Origin: Octopus sinensis
Lineage: Eukaryota
Assembly (NCBI RefSeq): GCF_006345805.1
Contig: NC_043001.1
Location: 48,112,001 to 48,176,000 of the forward strand
Length of the DNA: 64,000 nucleotides
Reading direction: 5' to 3'
Positions within the stretch are counted from its first letter, which is position 1. Each line of letters begins with the position of its first letter. Positions 12,858 through 25,580 of the stretch are shown one piece after another. The notes beneath the pieces are model-generated. The model made no database searches. It was not told the origin of the DNA and was given only the letters and a program-made list of their open reading frames with translations. The translations under genes and the position numbers were made by a program.

Positions 12858-13082
12858 TAATCAATATAGGGTGGCAAGGAAAATTTTGTAGAATTTTATT
12901 GCCACCAGCGGCCCAGCGGGAAAAAAATTAAATAGTCATAGACCATTTTTAAGTTCAACATTAACAATTAAGGAACGGCCATAATAGGCCATTCACCCAC
13001 TAGAAATAACAGCCAAAGCTTCTACCGCAAATAAAGATCAATTCCGTAAACAGGAGAAAATTAAAAAAACATTTACCCTGTA

Positions 13083-13189
13083 ATTTCTTGTACGGTATAC
13101 CGTTTCATCCGTTGTTTAATGGTAAACCAACCTAATTAAATTAAATCAAGCCAATCTTCCATAAGCCCTCGGATTCATCAGCAAGAAAT
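13083..13189 (-). ncRNA. Type I hammerhead ribozyme (489-bp unit 1)
   Basis: ATTTCTTG-CTGATGA-ATCCG..~58 nt..CGGAT-GAAA-CGGTATACCG-TA-CAAGAAAT: 8-bp stem I, 5-bp stem II base, palindromic stem III ACGGTATACCGT. Confidence 0.88.
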
Positions 13190-13571
13190 AGCTCTCGGGA
13201 CAGATAATTACACGAGGCATATCCAATCTTGCCAAGTCAATATCTGACCTAAAATTTTCAAATCGTCGCACTCGCGCCAAATTTATCGGCAGCAAATAAA
13301 TATCAGCCGTCGATTCCATTACGGAATTAACCAAAAAATTCATAATTAATCAATATAGGGTGGCAAGGAAAATTTTGTAGAATTTTATTGCCACCAGCGG
13401 CCCAGCGGGAAAAAAATTAAATAGTCATAGACCATTTTTAAGTTCAACATTAACAATTAAGGAACGGCCATAATAGGCCATTCACCCACTAGAAATAACA
13501 GCCAAAGCTTCTACCGCAAATAAAGATCAATTCCGTAAACAGGAGAAAATTAAAAAAACATTTACCCTGTA

Positions 13572-13677
13572 ATTTCTTGTACGGTATACCGTTTCATCCG
13601 TTGTTTAATGGTAAACCAACCTAATTAAATTAAATCAAGCCAATCTTCCATAAGCCCTCGGATTCATCAGCAAGAAT
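13572..13677 (-). ncRNA. Type I hammerhead ribozyme (489-bp unit 2)
   Basis: Same as unit 1 with a 1-nt deletion in distal stem I. Confidence 0.85.
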
Positions 13678-14057
13678 AGCTCTCGGGACAGATAATTACA
13701 CGAGGCATATCCAATCTTGCCAAGTCAATATCTGACCTAAAATTTTCAAATCGTCGCACTCGCGCCAAATTTATCGGCAGCAAATAAATATCAGCCGTCG
13801 ATTCCATTACGGAATTAACCAAAAAATTCATAATTAATCATATAGGGTGGCAAGGAAAATTTTGTAGAATTTTATTCCACCAGCGGCCCAGCGGGAAAAA
13901 AATTAAATAGTCATAGACCATTTTTAAGTTCAACATTAACAATTAAGGAACGGCCATAATAGGCCATTCACCCACTAGAAATAACAGCCAAAGCTTCTAC
14001 CGCAAATAAAGATCAATTCCGTAAACAGGAGAAAATTAAAAAAACATTTACCCTGTA

Positions 14058-14164
14058 ATTTCTTGTACGGTATACCGTTTCATCCGTTGTTTAATGGTAA
14101 ACCAACCTAATTAAATTAAATCAAGCCAATCTTCCATAAGCCCTCGGATTCATCAGCAAGAAAT
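14058..14164 (-). ncRNA. Type I hammerhead ribozyme (489-bp unit 3)
   Basis: Identical to unit 1. Confidence 0.88.
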
Positions 14165-14795
14165 AGCTCTCGGGACAGATAATTACACGAGGCATATCCA
14201 ATCTTGCCAAGTCAATATCTGACCTAAAATTTTCAAATCGTCGCACTCGCGCCAAATTTATCGGCAGCAAATAAATATCAGCCGTCGATTCCATTACGGA
14301 ATTAACCAAAAAATTCATAATTAATCAATATAGGGTGGCAAGTGGCTTGATTTAATTTAATTAGGTTGGTTTACCATTAAACAACGGATGAAACGGTATA
14401 CCGTACAACAAATTACAGGGTAAATGTTTTTTTAATTTTCTCCTGTTTACGGAATTGATCTTTATTTGCGGTAGAAGCTTTGGCTGTTATTTCTAGTGGG
14501 TGAATGGCCTATTATGGCCGTTCCTTAATTGTTAATGTTGAACTTAAAAATGGTCTATGACTATTTAATTTTTTTCCCGCTGGGCCGCTGGTGGCAATAA
14601 AATTCTACAAAATTTTCCTTGCCACCCTATATTGATTAATTATGAATTTTTTGGTTAATTCCGTAATGGAATCGACGGCTGATATTTATTTGCTGCCGAT
14701 AAATTTGGCGCGAGTGCGACGATTTGAAAATTTTAGGTCAGATATTGACTTGGCAAGATTGGATATGCCTCGTGTAATTATCTGTCCCGAGAGCT

Positions 14796-14902
14796 ATTTC
14801 TTGCTGATGAATCCGAGGGCTTATGGAAGATTGGCTTGATTTAATTTAATTAGGTTGGTTTACCATTAAACAACGGATGAAACGGTATACCGTACAAGAA
14901 AT
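14796..14902 (+). ncRNA. Type I hammerhead ribozyme (inverted 489-bp unit)
   Basis: CTGATGA at 14804-14810 and GAAA at 14879-14882. Predicted cleavage after GUA at A14894. Confidence 0.88.
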
Positions 14903-15418
14903 TACAGGGTAAATGTTTTTTTAATTTTCTCCTGTTTACGGAATTGATCTTTATTTGCGGTAGAAGCTTTGGCTGTTATTTCTAGTGGGTGAATGGCCTA
15001 TTATGGCCGTTCCTTAATTGTTAATGTTATATATATATATATATATAATATATATATATATTATATATGAAATATTCTATAATTATATATACAGTTCTGG
15101 GATCTTTTCGGTTTGAACGGCAGATTTTAACATAATTTCTAGGTAACTAAAAAATTTCAAACTTCGTATACTGGTAGAATGTGTTTATAAAATATCATTT
15201 TCTCTTGGCTTTCTTGAGAAAATTCTGTAGTTTGTAACATATTTCGTCTTTAATTTCTTGCATTTCGGCAATTTTAACCAATCAATGACCGTCTATTGAG
15301 GTGAAAGCATTCTGTGCCGTATGAATATGTCCCTCCTTTAAGAACATATTTGGTTTATTTACATTTGTGAAAAAAAAGATACATAATAAGATATATAATA
15401 ATAATAATAATAATGTAA

Positions 15419-15487
<69 letters not shown>

Positions 15488-15789
15488 ATATATATATATC
15501 CAAACCACTTCATATCTGAAAAAAATGTGTTTGGCGTTTATGATAGTGTTTACATCTGCAACATCCTTATTCTATTATTCAGTAAACATCTGCAACATCC
15601 TTATTCTATTATTCAGTAAACATACAGGTTTCAAACAAATATAAAACACGTAAAAGTTAGAAATTAATTACAAACCTATGAAATCTTGAATTACTTATAC
15701 AATATACAATATAGAATGAACTTTTCTCTCTGTCCACATATTTTAAATATCTCTTTTGATATGAATTTAACAAAATATAACTAACAGGC

Positions 15790-16200
15790 TGAAACTCTTG
15801 CTTCTCAGCTCTTCCTCTGATGGTTTCTCCTACTGTTCACTCGCCCTGTAACGAGTTTCCACTTACTGTCATACCTCATCTTTTTCACTCACTTATTCCT
15901 GAGAAGGTCGTGGGAAAAAGTATCCTGCACCACTCTTTCCATCTATTCCTCTCTTAACCAACAGTCGCCAGTTGATCCCGATGCGGCTCTACCTGGACCG
16001 CATCACCGATCTCTGTACACACACACTCTCTCTATCTAGTAACGTTACTGCAAAGACCCTTCCAAAAAATCCCCATTTCGGCCGCTTGTATTCGCGACTG
16101 TATTCTTACGGTCTTTGTCCAAGACTCATGACCATAGGTACGAGTAGGCAGGAACACTCGATAGCGAGTTTCGCTTTTACACCTACTTTCCTTCTATAGA
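15790..16200 (-). mobile_element. RTE-clade LINE 3' fragment
   Basis: YRVFLPTRTYGHESWTKTVRIQSRIQAAEMG matches the post-RT RTE motif (PTLTYGHELW..RIQAAEM). Confidence 0.75.
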
Positions 16201-16796
16201 AAGTTCTTGTTTCCTATTACTATATATAAAAATATTGATTTCAAATTTTGGCACATTCCAGCAATTTCAGGCTAGGAGTATGTCGATTAGATCGACTTAA
16301 GTCTTCAATCGGTACTTATTTTATCAATCCCAAAAGGATGAAAGGCAAAGTCGACCTCGGAGGAAATTTAAACTGTAAACGTAAAGACGGGCAAAATGCG
16401 CCCAAACATTTCGCCCGGTGTGCTAACGATTCTGCCAGACCGCCACCTTAAGAATATATAAAAATATTAATACAAATTGTGGAGTAATTTGTACTCTTTG
16501 CACTTCAGTGAGTGCAAATGGTGTAAACACAGGAAATACGAATATTTTGCATACCCTCCTTATTGGCCAAGTAAAATTTGACAATTTTAAGATTCACACA
16601 TGTGACCCATTTGTGTCCATCACACTTGAGTGAATATAATTCAACTCTTATGTGATCATAATTCTCTTTTAAGTGCACAGATTGACCAATAGGAAGTGCA
16701 CCAAGCAAATTTCCATTTTGGAGTAATACAAATTTTAGACTCTTTTGTGAACTATCTATAAAGGGTCTCTATTCACTAGGATCTTACTGTTCAAAA

Positions 16797-17184
16797 GTGG
16801 AGGCGCAATGGCCAAGTGGTTAGGGCAGCGGACTCGCGGTCATAGGATCGCGGTTTCGATTCCCAGACCGGGCGTTGTGAGTGTTTATTGAGCGAAAACA
16901 CCAAAAGCTCCACGAGGCTCCGGCAGGAGATGGTGGTGATCCCTGCTGTACTCTTTCACCACAACTTTCTCTCACTCTTACTTCCTGTTTCTGTTGTACC
17001 TGTATTTCAAGGGGCCGGCCTTGTCACTCTCTGTGTCACGCTGAATATCCCCGAGAACTACGTTAAGGGTGCACGTGTCTGTGGAGTGCTCAGCCACTTA
17101 CACGTTAATTTCACGAGCAGGCTGTTCCGTTGATTCGGATCAACCGGAACCCTCGTCGTCGTAACCGACGGAGTGCTTCCTCCC
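16797..17184 (+). mobile_element. SINE family C with 12-bp TSD
   Basis: TSD tactgttcaaaa at 16785-16796 and 17185-17196. A and B boxes as at 5867. Confidence 0.9.
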
Positions 17185-18789
17185 TACTGTTCAAAAACCC
17201 ATCGCGTTTAACTGAACCATCGCGTCACAACAGTAAACAAGATCTTTTCCAGTTGTAACGAATGCCAAGAGATCTTTTTCTCTGTCCCGATATAAAGTCC
17301 CGCTTGGTTATTTCTGCAACAAATTCTTTTTTTAAAGACTAGAAGCTAACACTTCTGATAACTGTTTTGACATTCCTAGGTCTCTAACTAAATTATTAAG
17401 TTCTGCCTAGTTGGAAGTTTTCACGTTCTTTGGTTGATGTTTCTACAAAGTCTGTATTACTGTCATGTTCATAATTTATATCTACTTCACATATATCACT
17501 TTCATATTGCATATACTAGGTCGACAGAGCGTCGCAACCTCTATGGGTGAGACCAATGTGAACTAGCCCATAGAAGAAAAAAAACTTGACTTGACGTGAT
17601 AGAGAAAAAAACTATTGTCATTTTTAAACTTAGTGACCCCACGTTAACCCAAAACAGGTATCAAACTTAGGTCAACAGAAAAAAAGTTATAGTTTGTTCG
17701 GAAGCGTAATTGCTACATTTGTTTTTTGAATAAATGCTTAAGAGACAATCTGGATAAGCTAGGGTTATCAGGAAAGTAAATCAACCTGATAACTCGCATA
17801 TTAAATTATAATCTGTAAACGGAACAGAAAATACAGGACTTTTCTCAAGTGCAAAATGTGACATTGTTTTTGTTATCCACATTCCAACGATGGAGTTTTC
17901 TAGCAGTGTTAGAAGGCAGTTCTTTTCTTACAAGAACGTATCAAGCAATTATGCATGCATACATACATACATACATACAAACATACATACATACATACAT
18001 ACATACATACATACATACATACATAGACACAGCATTGTCAACATCAGGCGTGCAGGCGTATACATCTTTACCGTTTAAAATGCATTTTTAACGTTTTCTT
18101 CTATAATTATACACACTTCTCCAGCCTAAATCAGCAACTGGTTTATTTCTGCAATTATAAATAAAATAAATACCTTTTACTGACCAACTTAACGTTATTC
18201 TGACCAGATAACATAATATATCTTACACAACGTGAAATTTCGCTACTACGATCATGGCTTCTACAACAACACCGATACTAGCACATGCAGTATTATAACA
18301 TCAGTAATCAACTAGCTAAAACACACATTACGTAAGTGAAGTAACAAAAAATATGCAAGATTTTTCTCAAGTTCAACATGCGCCATATTTTTGTTATCTA
18401 GATTCCAACGATGGAGCTTTGTGTATTTGTTAGAAACTATCTTCCGTAGCATTTAAAACATTTTCTTCACTTGCAACTTTATTTCATTGATTTATTTTAA
18501 TTACTTAAATTATACTTCTCTTCTTTTCATTTCATTTCATTTTGATTCATTATCAAAATTGCTATTCAGTTAATGATTTGTTTCTCTTTTTTTTTTGTAA
18601 TTGCCAATTTGATTATCATGTTGCTAACTCATTTCCCTTTTTTATTCAACTCTTTAACATTAAGTATCATGCAGTAGAGTTATATTGTTTCTTAACCTCA
18701 TTGAATTCATACGTTTAAATTCTTGTACCATCTTGAATATGTTAGAGATTGTCTTCTCGATTTATGCATACATACATATACGTATATGA

Positions 18790-18826
<37 letters not shown>

Positions 18827-18862
18827 ATATACATATATGTGTGTGTGTGTTTATATATATAC

Positions 18863-18948
<86 letters not shown>

Positions 18949-19304
18949 CATACATATAACATACATATATTCACACACAAATGTATGTACATAACTATAT
19001 ACTTATCCATCCATCCATCCATACATACATACGGATTACTACCTCCCACTTTGAAGGGTATGCGTTTACAATCTAGGAACAGGAAATATCAGGCAAGTAC
19101 CTGATGCACAAAAGAGATAGACATGCAGAAAAAGCCGTAAAATATGACAACCGATGCAAGTTCAGCCATACTTTGCTCCAGATGTTTTGGTATGTATGCT
19201 GTTGCTCCATTAATAATAGGTATGAAGCTGAAAGTGTATCTTGGGTACTGGATTTGCAAGCTCCTTGTTAATGGTCGTATGTATGTATATTTTATTTATG
19301 CGCC

Positions 19305-19584
19305 CTTTTCAAGCCTAGCCAGGCGCATGGGCCCGGTTTCCCGGTTTCTATGGCGTATGTGTTCCCCCCTCCAGCTGGACGGGATGCCAGTCCATTGCAG
19401 CGTTACTCAAGAAACAGGAAAAAAGAGTGAGAGAAAGTTGGGGCGAAAGAGTACAACAGGAGTCGCCATCTACCCCCTGCCTGAGCGTCGTGGAGCTTTA
19501 GGTGTTTTCGCTCAATAAACACACACAACGCCCGATCTGGGAATTGAAACCGAGAGTCTGCTGCTCTAACTATTGGGCCTCCAC
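19305..19584 (-). mobile_element. SINE with family C head/body but a different (CORE-like) 3' part
   Basis: Matches family C up to the ctttctctcactct..cctgtttct tract, then continues gcaatggactggcatcccgtccagc..gaaaccgggaaaccgggcccatg. Confidence 0.7.
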
Positions 19585-22372
19585 ATGTATATATGTATGT
19601 GAATATACCATGATCCTCCACTTCCGCTTCCATTGTCAACCACACCCGCTACTTCTTTTATTTCTCTCTCCTTAACTTCATTAACCACAGCAACGGATTT
19701 CTTTCACTTTGCTTAATAAACTGGAAGGAATGTCAACCGCTCCTGGGAACATCCATAGAAAAAACTCATATTTCTTTAATATATAGAACTATGTATATCA
19801 ACGTAATCTAATCTGTTAATTGACACACCAATTAATTTTAGATAAAAATAGATAGAAACATTATTACGGATAAGAGCAATTTCTGAAATATGGTGTACTG
19901 GTATAGATGTGGTATGAAAACTAAGCCATCATTTATTCAACGAAGTGAACATTGAGTAAATAGTCTATTATTGTAAATGTTCGATACAGCACTCATGAGT
20001 ACTAAACAATTGATCTGAATCCAATGGCTCATAATCGTTAGAGCGTAGGACAAAGTACTTTGCGATAATTCTTCCGGAACATTGCGTTCTGAGTTCAAAG
20101 CCCACCGAGGTCAGCTTTGCTTTTCATCCTATGGGGATCGATAAAATAAAGTACTAGACATTATTAATAAATCGGAATTGACTTACAAATATCTACAATA
20201 GTATGAACAGCAGGATAAAATGCCAGTCTATACTAATCGCCATGTAGATCAATACAGATCGATTAGCCAACAATGGAACCTGCACATATCTGCTTGACTT
20301 GTTAGAAATGAAAGCCAAATTTCACCGAAACTACATCCAGTCGAGTTGAAACAGGAAGTATTCAGTGTATTGAGGCTTATGAGAGCGGGGTTCAGCCGAT
20401 CCATTTCTCTGGGGTCCGAAAAGCTAAGGGGAACTCGGAGATCTGTGAATTACTAATAGGGTGGGAGAAAGCTCCATCCCCTTCCGAGAAAGAGCCTGAA
20501 AGTATACTTGTTCTGCTCTGAAATATTTCTCTCGGAGACCCTACAGTGCATAACGTGGCTGTGGGAGTACATCAAAGTAGGGCATGGCGGGAAGGTCGTA
20601 ACATAAATGCATACCTTGATCAAAACAGCATCAACAGCAATAACAACATGAATTATCTACGTAATCTCCCAATCCACATCTCACGCAAATTCTTTCCCGC
20701 CGCCTTAGTAAAAAAGGACACACTGATTAATGAGGTCCTGCGGAATGGGCACAGCTGGAATACCTTTGATCATGCATCTACTTACATATTATTTGTGAAT
20801 GAACAACAATAAAACTTTCAGCAACCTACTGTTGTTACTTCAATACATTTTTATCTCTAAGTCTTGTCCACATGAAACAGATTCATTGCATGATGGAAAA
20901 GCCATTGCAGTCTACAACGATGCATGTGATATTCGGAGGACTGGATCTGGGGTTCCAATACACTAAGATACTCGTTCACGTACCTATCATGCTAAGAGAC
21001 TGCTTAAGTTGGAACGAGTCAACTGGGCGCTGCTGTTTGGACGCTGTGGATTTGGCACGGCTGACTGGACATTCACACTGATTTGTTTGACTGTACGTTT
21101 TGGCAATGGAGGCAAATACACACGTACATTCGCACACAGCCATGCGCGCGCGCGCAAGCACGTCCTCACGCGTTCCCAGAAATATTTACAAATAGTGTGA
21201 AGGAGAAGGAGAGACACTATAATCTATTAATTGGATACTATTGGCGTAAACACTTACCTTCTTCTCATACACATAAAGACAAATATGCTCGCACAAGTAA
21301 AATAGAGTGAGAGGGGAGAGAGAGGGAGAGAGGAAGAGAGAGAGAGAGAAAGGGGAAGCGAAAAAGACATTACATTTTATTGACTGAACACCACTGACAG
21401 AAACGCTTTTCTTTTCATGCATTTACGGAGAAATATGTTTGCGCCCATAAAAGAAACAGAGGAAGCTAGAGAGAGAGAAAGGGGGAAGGGAGAAAAACAT
21501 TACAATTTATCAATTGAACGCTATTAACATAAAGACATTTCCTCTCCCCATAAAGGGGAAGAGAAGCATTAAAATGTCTGATGTCAAATAAGTCAGCGTC
21601 AAATCAGTGACGCAAAAAACGGCGACGCCACATCAGCGACGTCACATTGGCGACGCCAAAACGGTTTTATGCTAAAGTGACGCATACTCTGTTTAAGTAA
21701 GGCTGACTTTGAGTTACGGGACAGTAGCATCAACTTTACAGCTGTGAGAGAGACAGAGAGGGAAGGAGAGACAGAAACATGGAGAGACAGGGAAAGACAG
21801 AGAGAGGGGAGAAAGGGAGGGAGAGAGAAACAGAGAGAGTGAGACAGAGGCAGAGATACAGACAGAGAGGTTGAGACAGAGAAAGAGAGTGGGGTTCATT
21901 GAGTACAAAATATGTTTAGTGTTCATTTTATAGACCAAGCAAAGAAGAGCAAGTAGGACCTTGACTTTACAATTTGGCATCCTACGTTTCTGCCTCTTTT
22001 TCCACCGTAACAACAACAACAACAGCTAAAACATCAAACAACAGTTACAGAAAATAACATCAATAAACCATATGCAGTGATATATTGTATAATCCGATTA
22101 AATGTTGCTATAAGGGAATAAAAAAACAAAGAAAGAAAGAAAGAAAAGAGAGAAAAGAAAGAGAGGAATAAAGAAAGAAGGAGAGAGAGAAAGTGAGAAA
22201 GAAAGAAAGAAAGATAGAAAGAAAGAAAAGAAAGAAAGGAATAAAGAAAGAAGGAGAGAAAGAGAGAAAGAAAGAAAGAAGGAGAGAAAGAAAGAAGGAA
22301 AGAAAGAAAGAAGAGCAAGACGAAAGATATAAGAAAAACTTAGAATGTTTAGAGCATTGAAGAGAATCGGAA

Positions 22373-22412
<40 letters not shown>

Positions 22413-22445
22413 GTAGTTAGGTAGGTAGGTAGTTAGGTAGGTAGG

Positions 22446-22545
<100 letters not shown>

Positions 22546-23006
22546 CAGAGATAGATAGATAGACAGCGAACAGCGAGACAGAGAGACAAATGGAGACAAA
22601 GACAGACAGACAAAAGACCGGCAAAAACGGACCGAGACAGAGACAAGGGAAACACATGCATAGCACAGAGGCAGGAAATGGAAGGAGGAAAAAGAGTAAA
22701 TTTAAATACTACAACAGAAGAAAAACATCAAAGAAATAAGAAAACGAAATCAATCCAAAAATATGAAAAGAAAGAACTGAAGTAAAGAAAAAAATAATAA
22801 AATAAAGAAAGCAAGAAATAAGGAAAAATATGTGGGGGTGGGGTGGCGGAAACCTGCAATATAGGTCAGGCGAAGCCAAACATTGATAACATTTGACGAC
22901 AGACAGGGGAATGTTTTATAGGTTTATCTCGGCGCCGTTTCCTTTCACATTCCATACTTACCTTTAGTTTGTAATCAATATTAAAAGAATGAATGTGATG
23001 TGTGTA

Positions 23007-23045
<39 letters not shown>

Positions 23046-23446
23046 ACATTTGTGAATGTACAAATATGTGTGTGCTTATGTGGGGGGATTTTTTTTAGTT
23101 ATTTTTAAAGGAAAATTGAGAAAAAGTACACTCAAACGTATTTTAAAATTTGATTTGACTGGGGCGTTTGCTTGTAAGGTGAGAGCCGGGACTTCAGCTC
23201 TGTTGCGTTTTCAGATCACCAAACTACATCTGAATTCAAGTTTGTCTCGATGGCCTAGAGAAACGACGTTCTTTTATCCATGTCTACTTTCATAACCGAT
23301 GAGCGGAGCCTTTTTTTTAGTAAGACTGATAGTTACCTTTTTGCCGTAGTACTCTCCCTGAACTTCATGGCTATTTTCCCCATCCGCTGATAGTAGTGGT
23401 AGAAGTAGCATCAGCAGCAGCAGAAGTAGTAGTAGTAGTAGTAGTA

Positions 23447-23560
<114 letters not shown>

Positions 23561-23914
23561 CAGCAGCAGCAGGAGGGGGAGAGAGAGTGAGGAGAGGGAG
23601 TTTTTTTTAATTATAGCGAGATAGAATTAAGAGTGGTTTAGAAAAAAATCACTGATATTCAAGAATCTGGAAATAAAAAGATGTCATGAAAAGAAAAACG
23701 AAAACAAAAGCTTACCCTCTTTTTTTTTTCTTTATATTACATTATTGCAGCCTTAAAACATAATTTAGTAAAAGAAAATGTGAGTTTAGTATACATGTGA
23801 TCCGCACAGATATGTGGGCCCGTACTGGGCTTGCGTAATACGCTGTCTGTTGCTTTAAGTGGTCAGGAAGGATGAAATGCCACTCATCATTTTACTCAGC
23901 ATAGTAACGTTTCT

Positions 23915-24510
23915 TATTTCTTTAATGCCCACAAGGGGCTAAACATAGAGGAGACAAACAAGGACAGACAAAGGGATTAAGTCGATTACATCGACTCCAA
24001 TGCGTAACTAGTACTTAATTTATCGACACTGAAAGGATAAAAGGCAAAGTTGACCTCGGTGGAATTTGAACTCAGGACGCAAAGCCAGACGAAATACCTA
24101 TTTCTTTACTACCCACAAGGGGCTAAGCACAGAGAGGACAGACAAGGACAGGCAATGGATTAAGTCGATTATATCGACCCCAGTGCGTAACTGGTACTTA
24201 TTTAATCGACCCCGAAAGGATGAAAGGTAAAGTCGACCTCGGCGGAATTTGAACTCAGAACGTAATGGCAGACGAAATACCTATTTCTTTACTACCCACA
24301 AGGGGGCTAAACATAGAGAGGACAAGCAAGGACAGATAAACGGATTAAGTCGATTATATCGACCCCAGTGCATAACTGGTACTTATTTAATCGACCCCGA
24401 AAGGATGAAAGGTAAAGTCGACCTCGGCGGAATTTGTACTCAGAACGTAACGGCAGACGAAATAAGGCTACGCATTTCGCCCGGCGTGCTAACGTTTCTG
24501 TCAGCTCTCC
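23915..24510 (-). mobile_element. Three nested/tandem copies of SINE family B with a ...ccccttgtgggtagtaaagaaata tail
   Basis: ~186-bp period. Two junctions read gacgaaatacc|tatttctttactacccacaagggg. Further family B copies lie near 1500-1730, 4510-4722, 8570-8750, 16235-16450, 36915-37430 and 39590-39785 (minus), and 20030-20160, 58882-59290 and 59637-59810 (plus). Confidence 0.85.
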
Positions 24511-25580
24511 ACTTGCATATGATATAAATACATATTGATATGGGAATGTTAATGGCAAGATAATGCTGGAGATCACGAGATTTAACTAATTGCGCATGTA
24601 CGACATGAAATTTTGAAAGCTTAACCACAAATTGACATATATTATTATCTGTACCCATAAGTAATACTTTGACAAACACATTTTAATTAGCTCCGTTTTC
24701 AACATACTCAGCATTATCATCTCATAGTATCTATATTTACTTGTTTGTTTGTTTTTTGTTGTTGTTTTTTTCATCTGTAGAGTGAATGGATTTAATATTG
24801 TAATTTTACGTTTTTGAATTCCTTAAAGCATGTTAATCAATTCTGAGGAAATAGAACACAATGTAATGATATTATTATATATACAATTATCCTCCGATAG
24901 ATGGTTGCACGCTGGTAGGTATCACACATATTTTGATTGTTTTGTCTCTTATGTTGCATTTCATTTTTCTACGAATAACACGTGGTTGCTATAGATTAGA
25001 TATAAGTATGAGTAACTATAAAAGAGCTCCCTTCTTCCGTTGATGATTTTCTAGACAGCATTTAGTCGTTTGGAATCTGATAGCTTAAGTATATATGCGT
25101 GTGTTTGTGTTTGTATGTATATATGCAAGTATGTCTTTATACTCATAAAGAGCAATATAACCAAAAGCTTCTGTGTGCTTTTATACGTGCGTGAAAAGTG
25201 AGTTACTCGAAGACAGACGAACATCGATTGGCTACGACGCAAAAGGCCATCCTAGGAATAACATTACAAGAGCATATTCTAAATGAGATAATTCGAGAGA
25301 GTTCCAAAAGCACAGTTTCCGCTGAGCCATATATGTTGCAAGGTTAACAGACTGCAGGTGGATAGTTCCAATGGCCGAGTAATATCCAAATGATCGGAAG
25401 GCCTCCACGACAATGAGACGATTTATGGGAAGACGAGTTATGCGATTTAGGACAAGATGGAAAAGAATATTGAAATCAAGAAAAGAATCGGAAGCGCATT
25501 GTGACCAGCGATATATATTACAAGTTCTGATAGTTTGGTCCGCACAGTCATACAGTGAAGCATACATACACATATTTATA

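Larger units (their letters stand above)
12853..15028. repeat. Tandem array of ~489-bp HHR-bearing units: 3 direct units, then ~1.4 inverted units, flanked by (TA)n
   Basis: Unit starts at 12853, 13342, 13830 and 14317. Orientation flips at 14342/14343. Units are nearly identical. Confidence 0.95.

Noticed and set aside
13146-14839. Repeated 65-aa ORF (MNFLVNSVMEST...) in the 489-bp units
   Set aside because: No recognisable domain. It recurs only because the unit is repeated, it overlaps the ribozyme, and a 1-nt deletion breaks it in unit 2.
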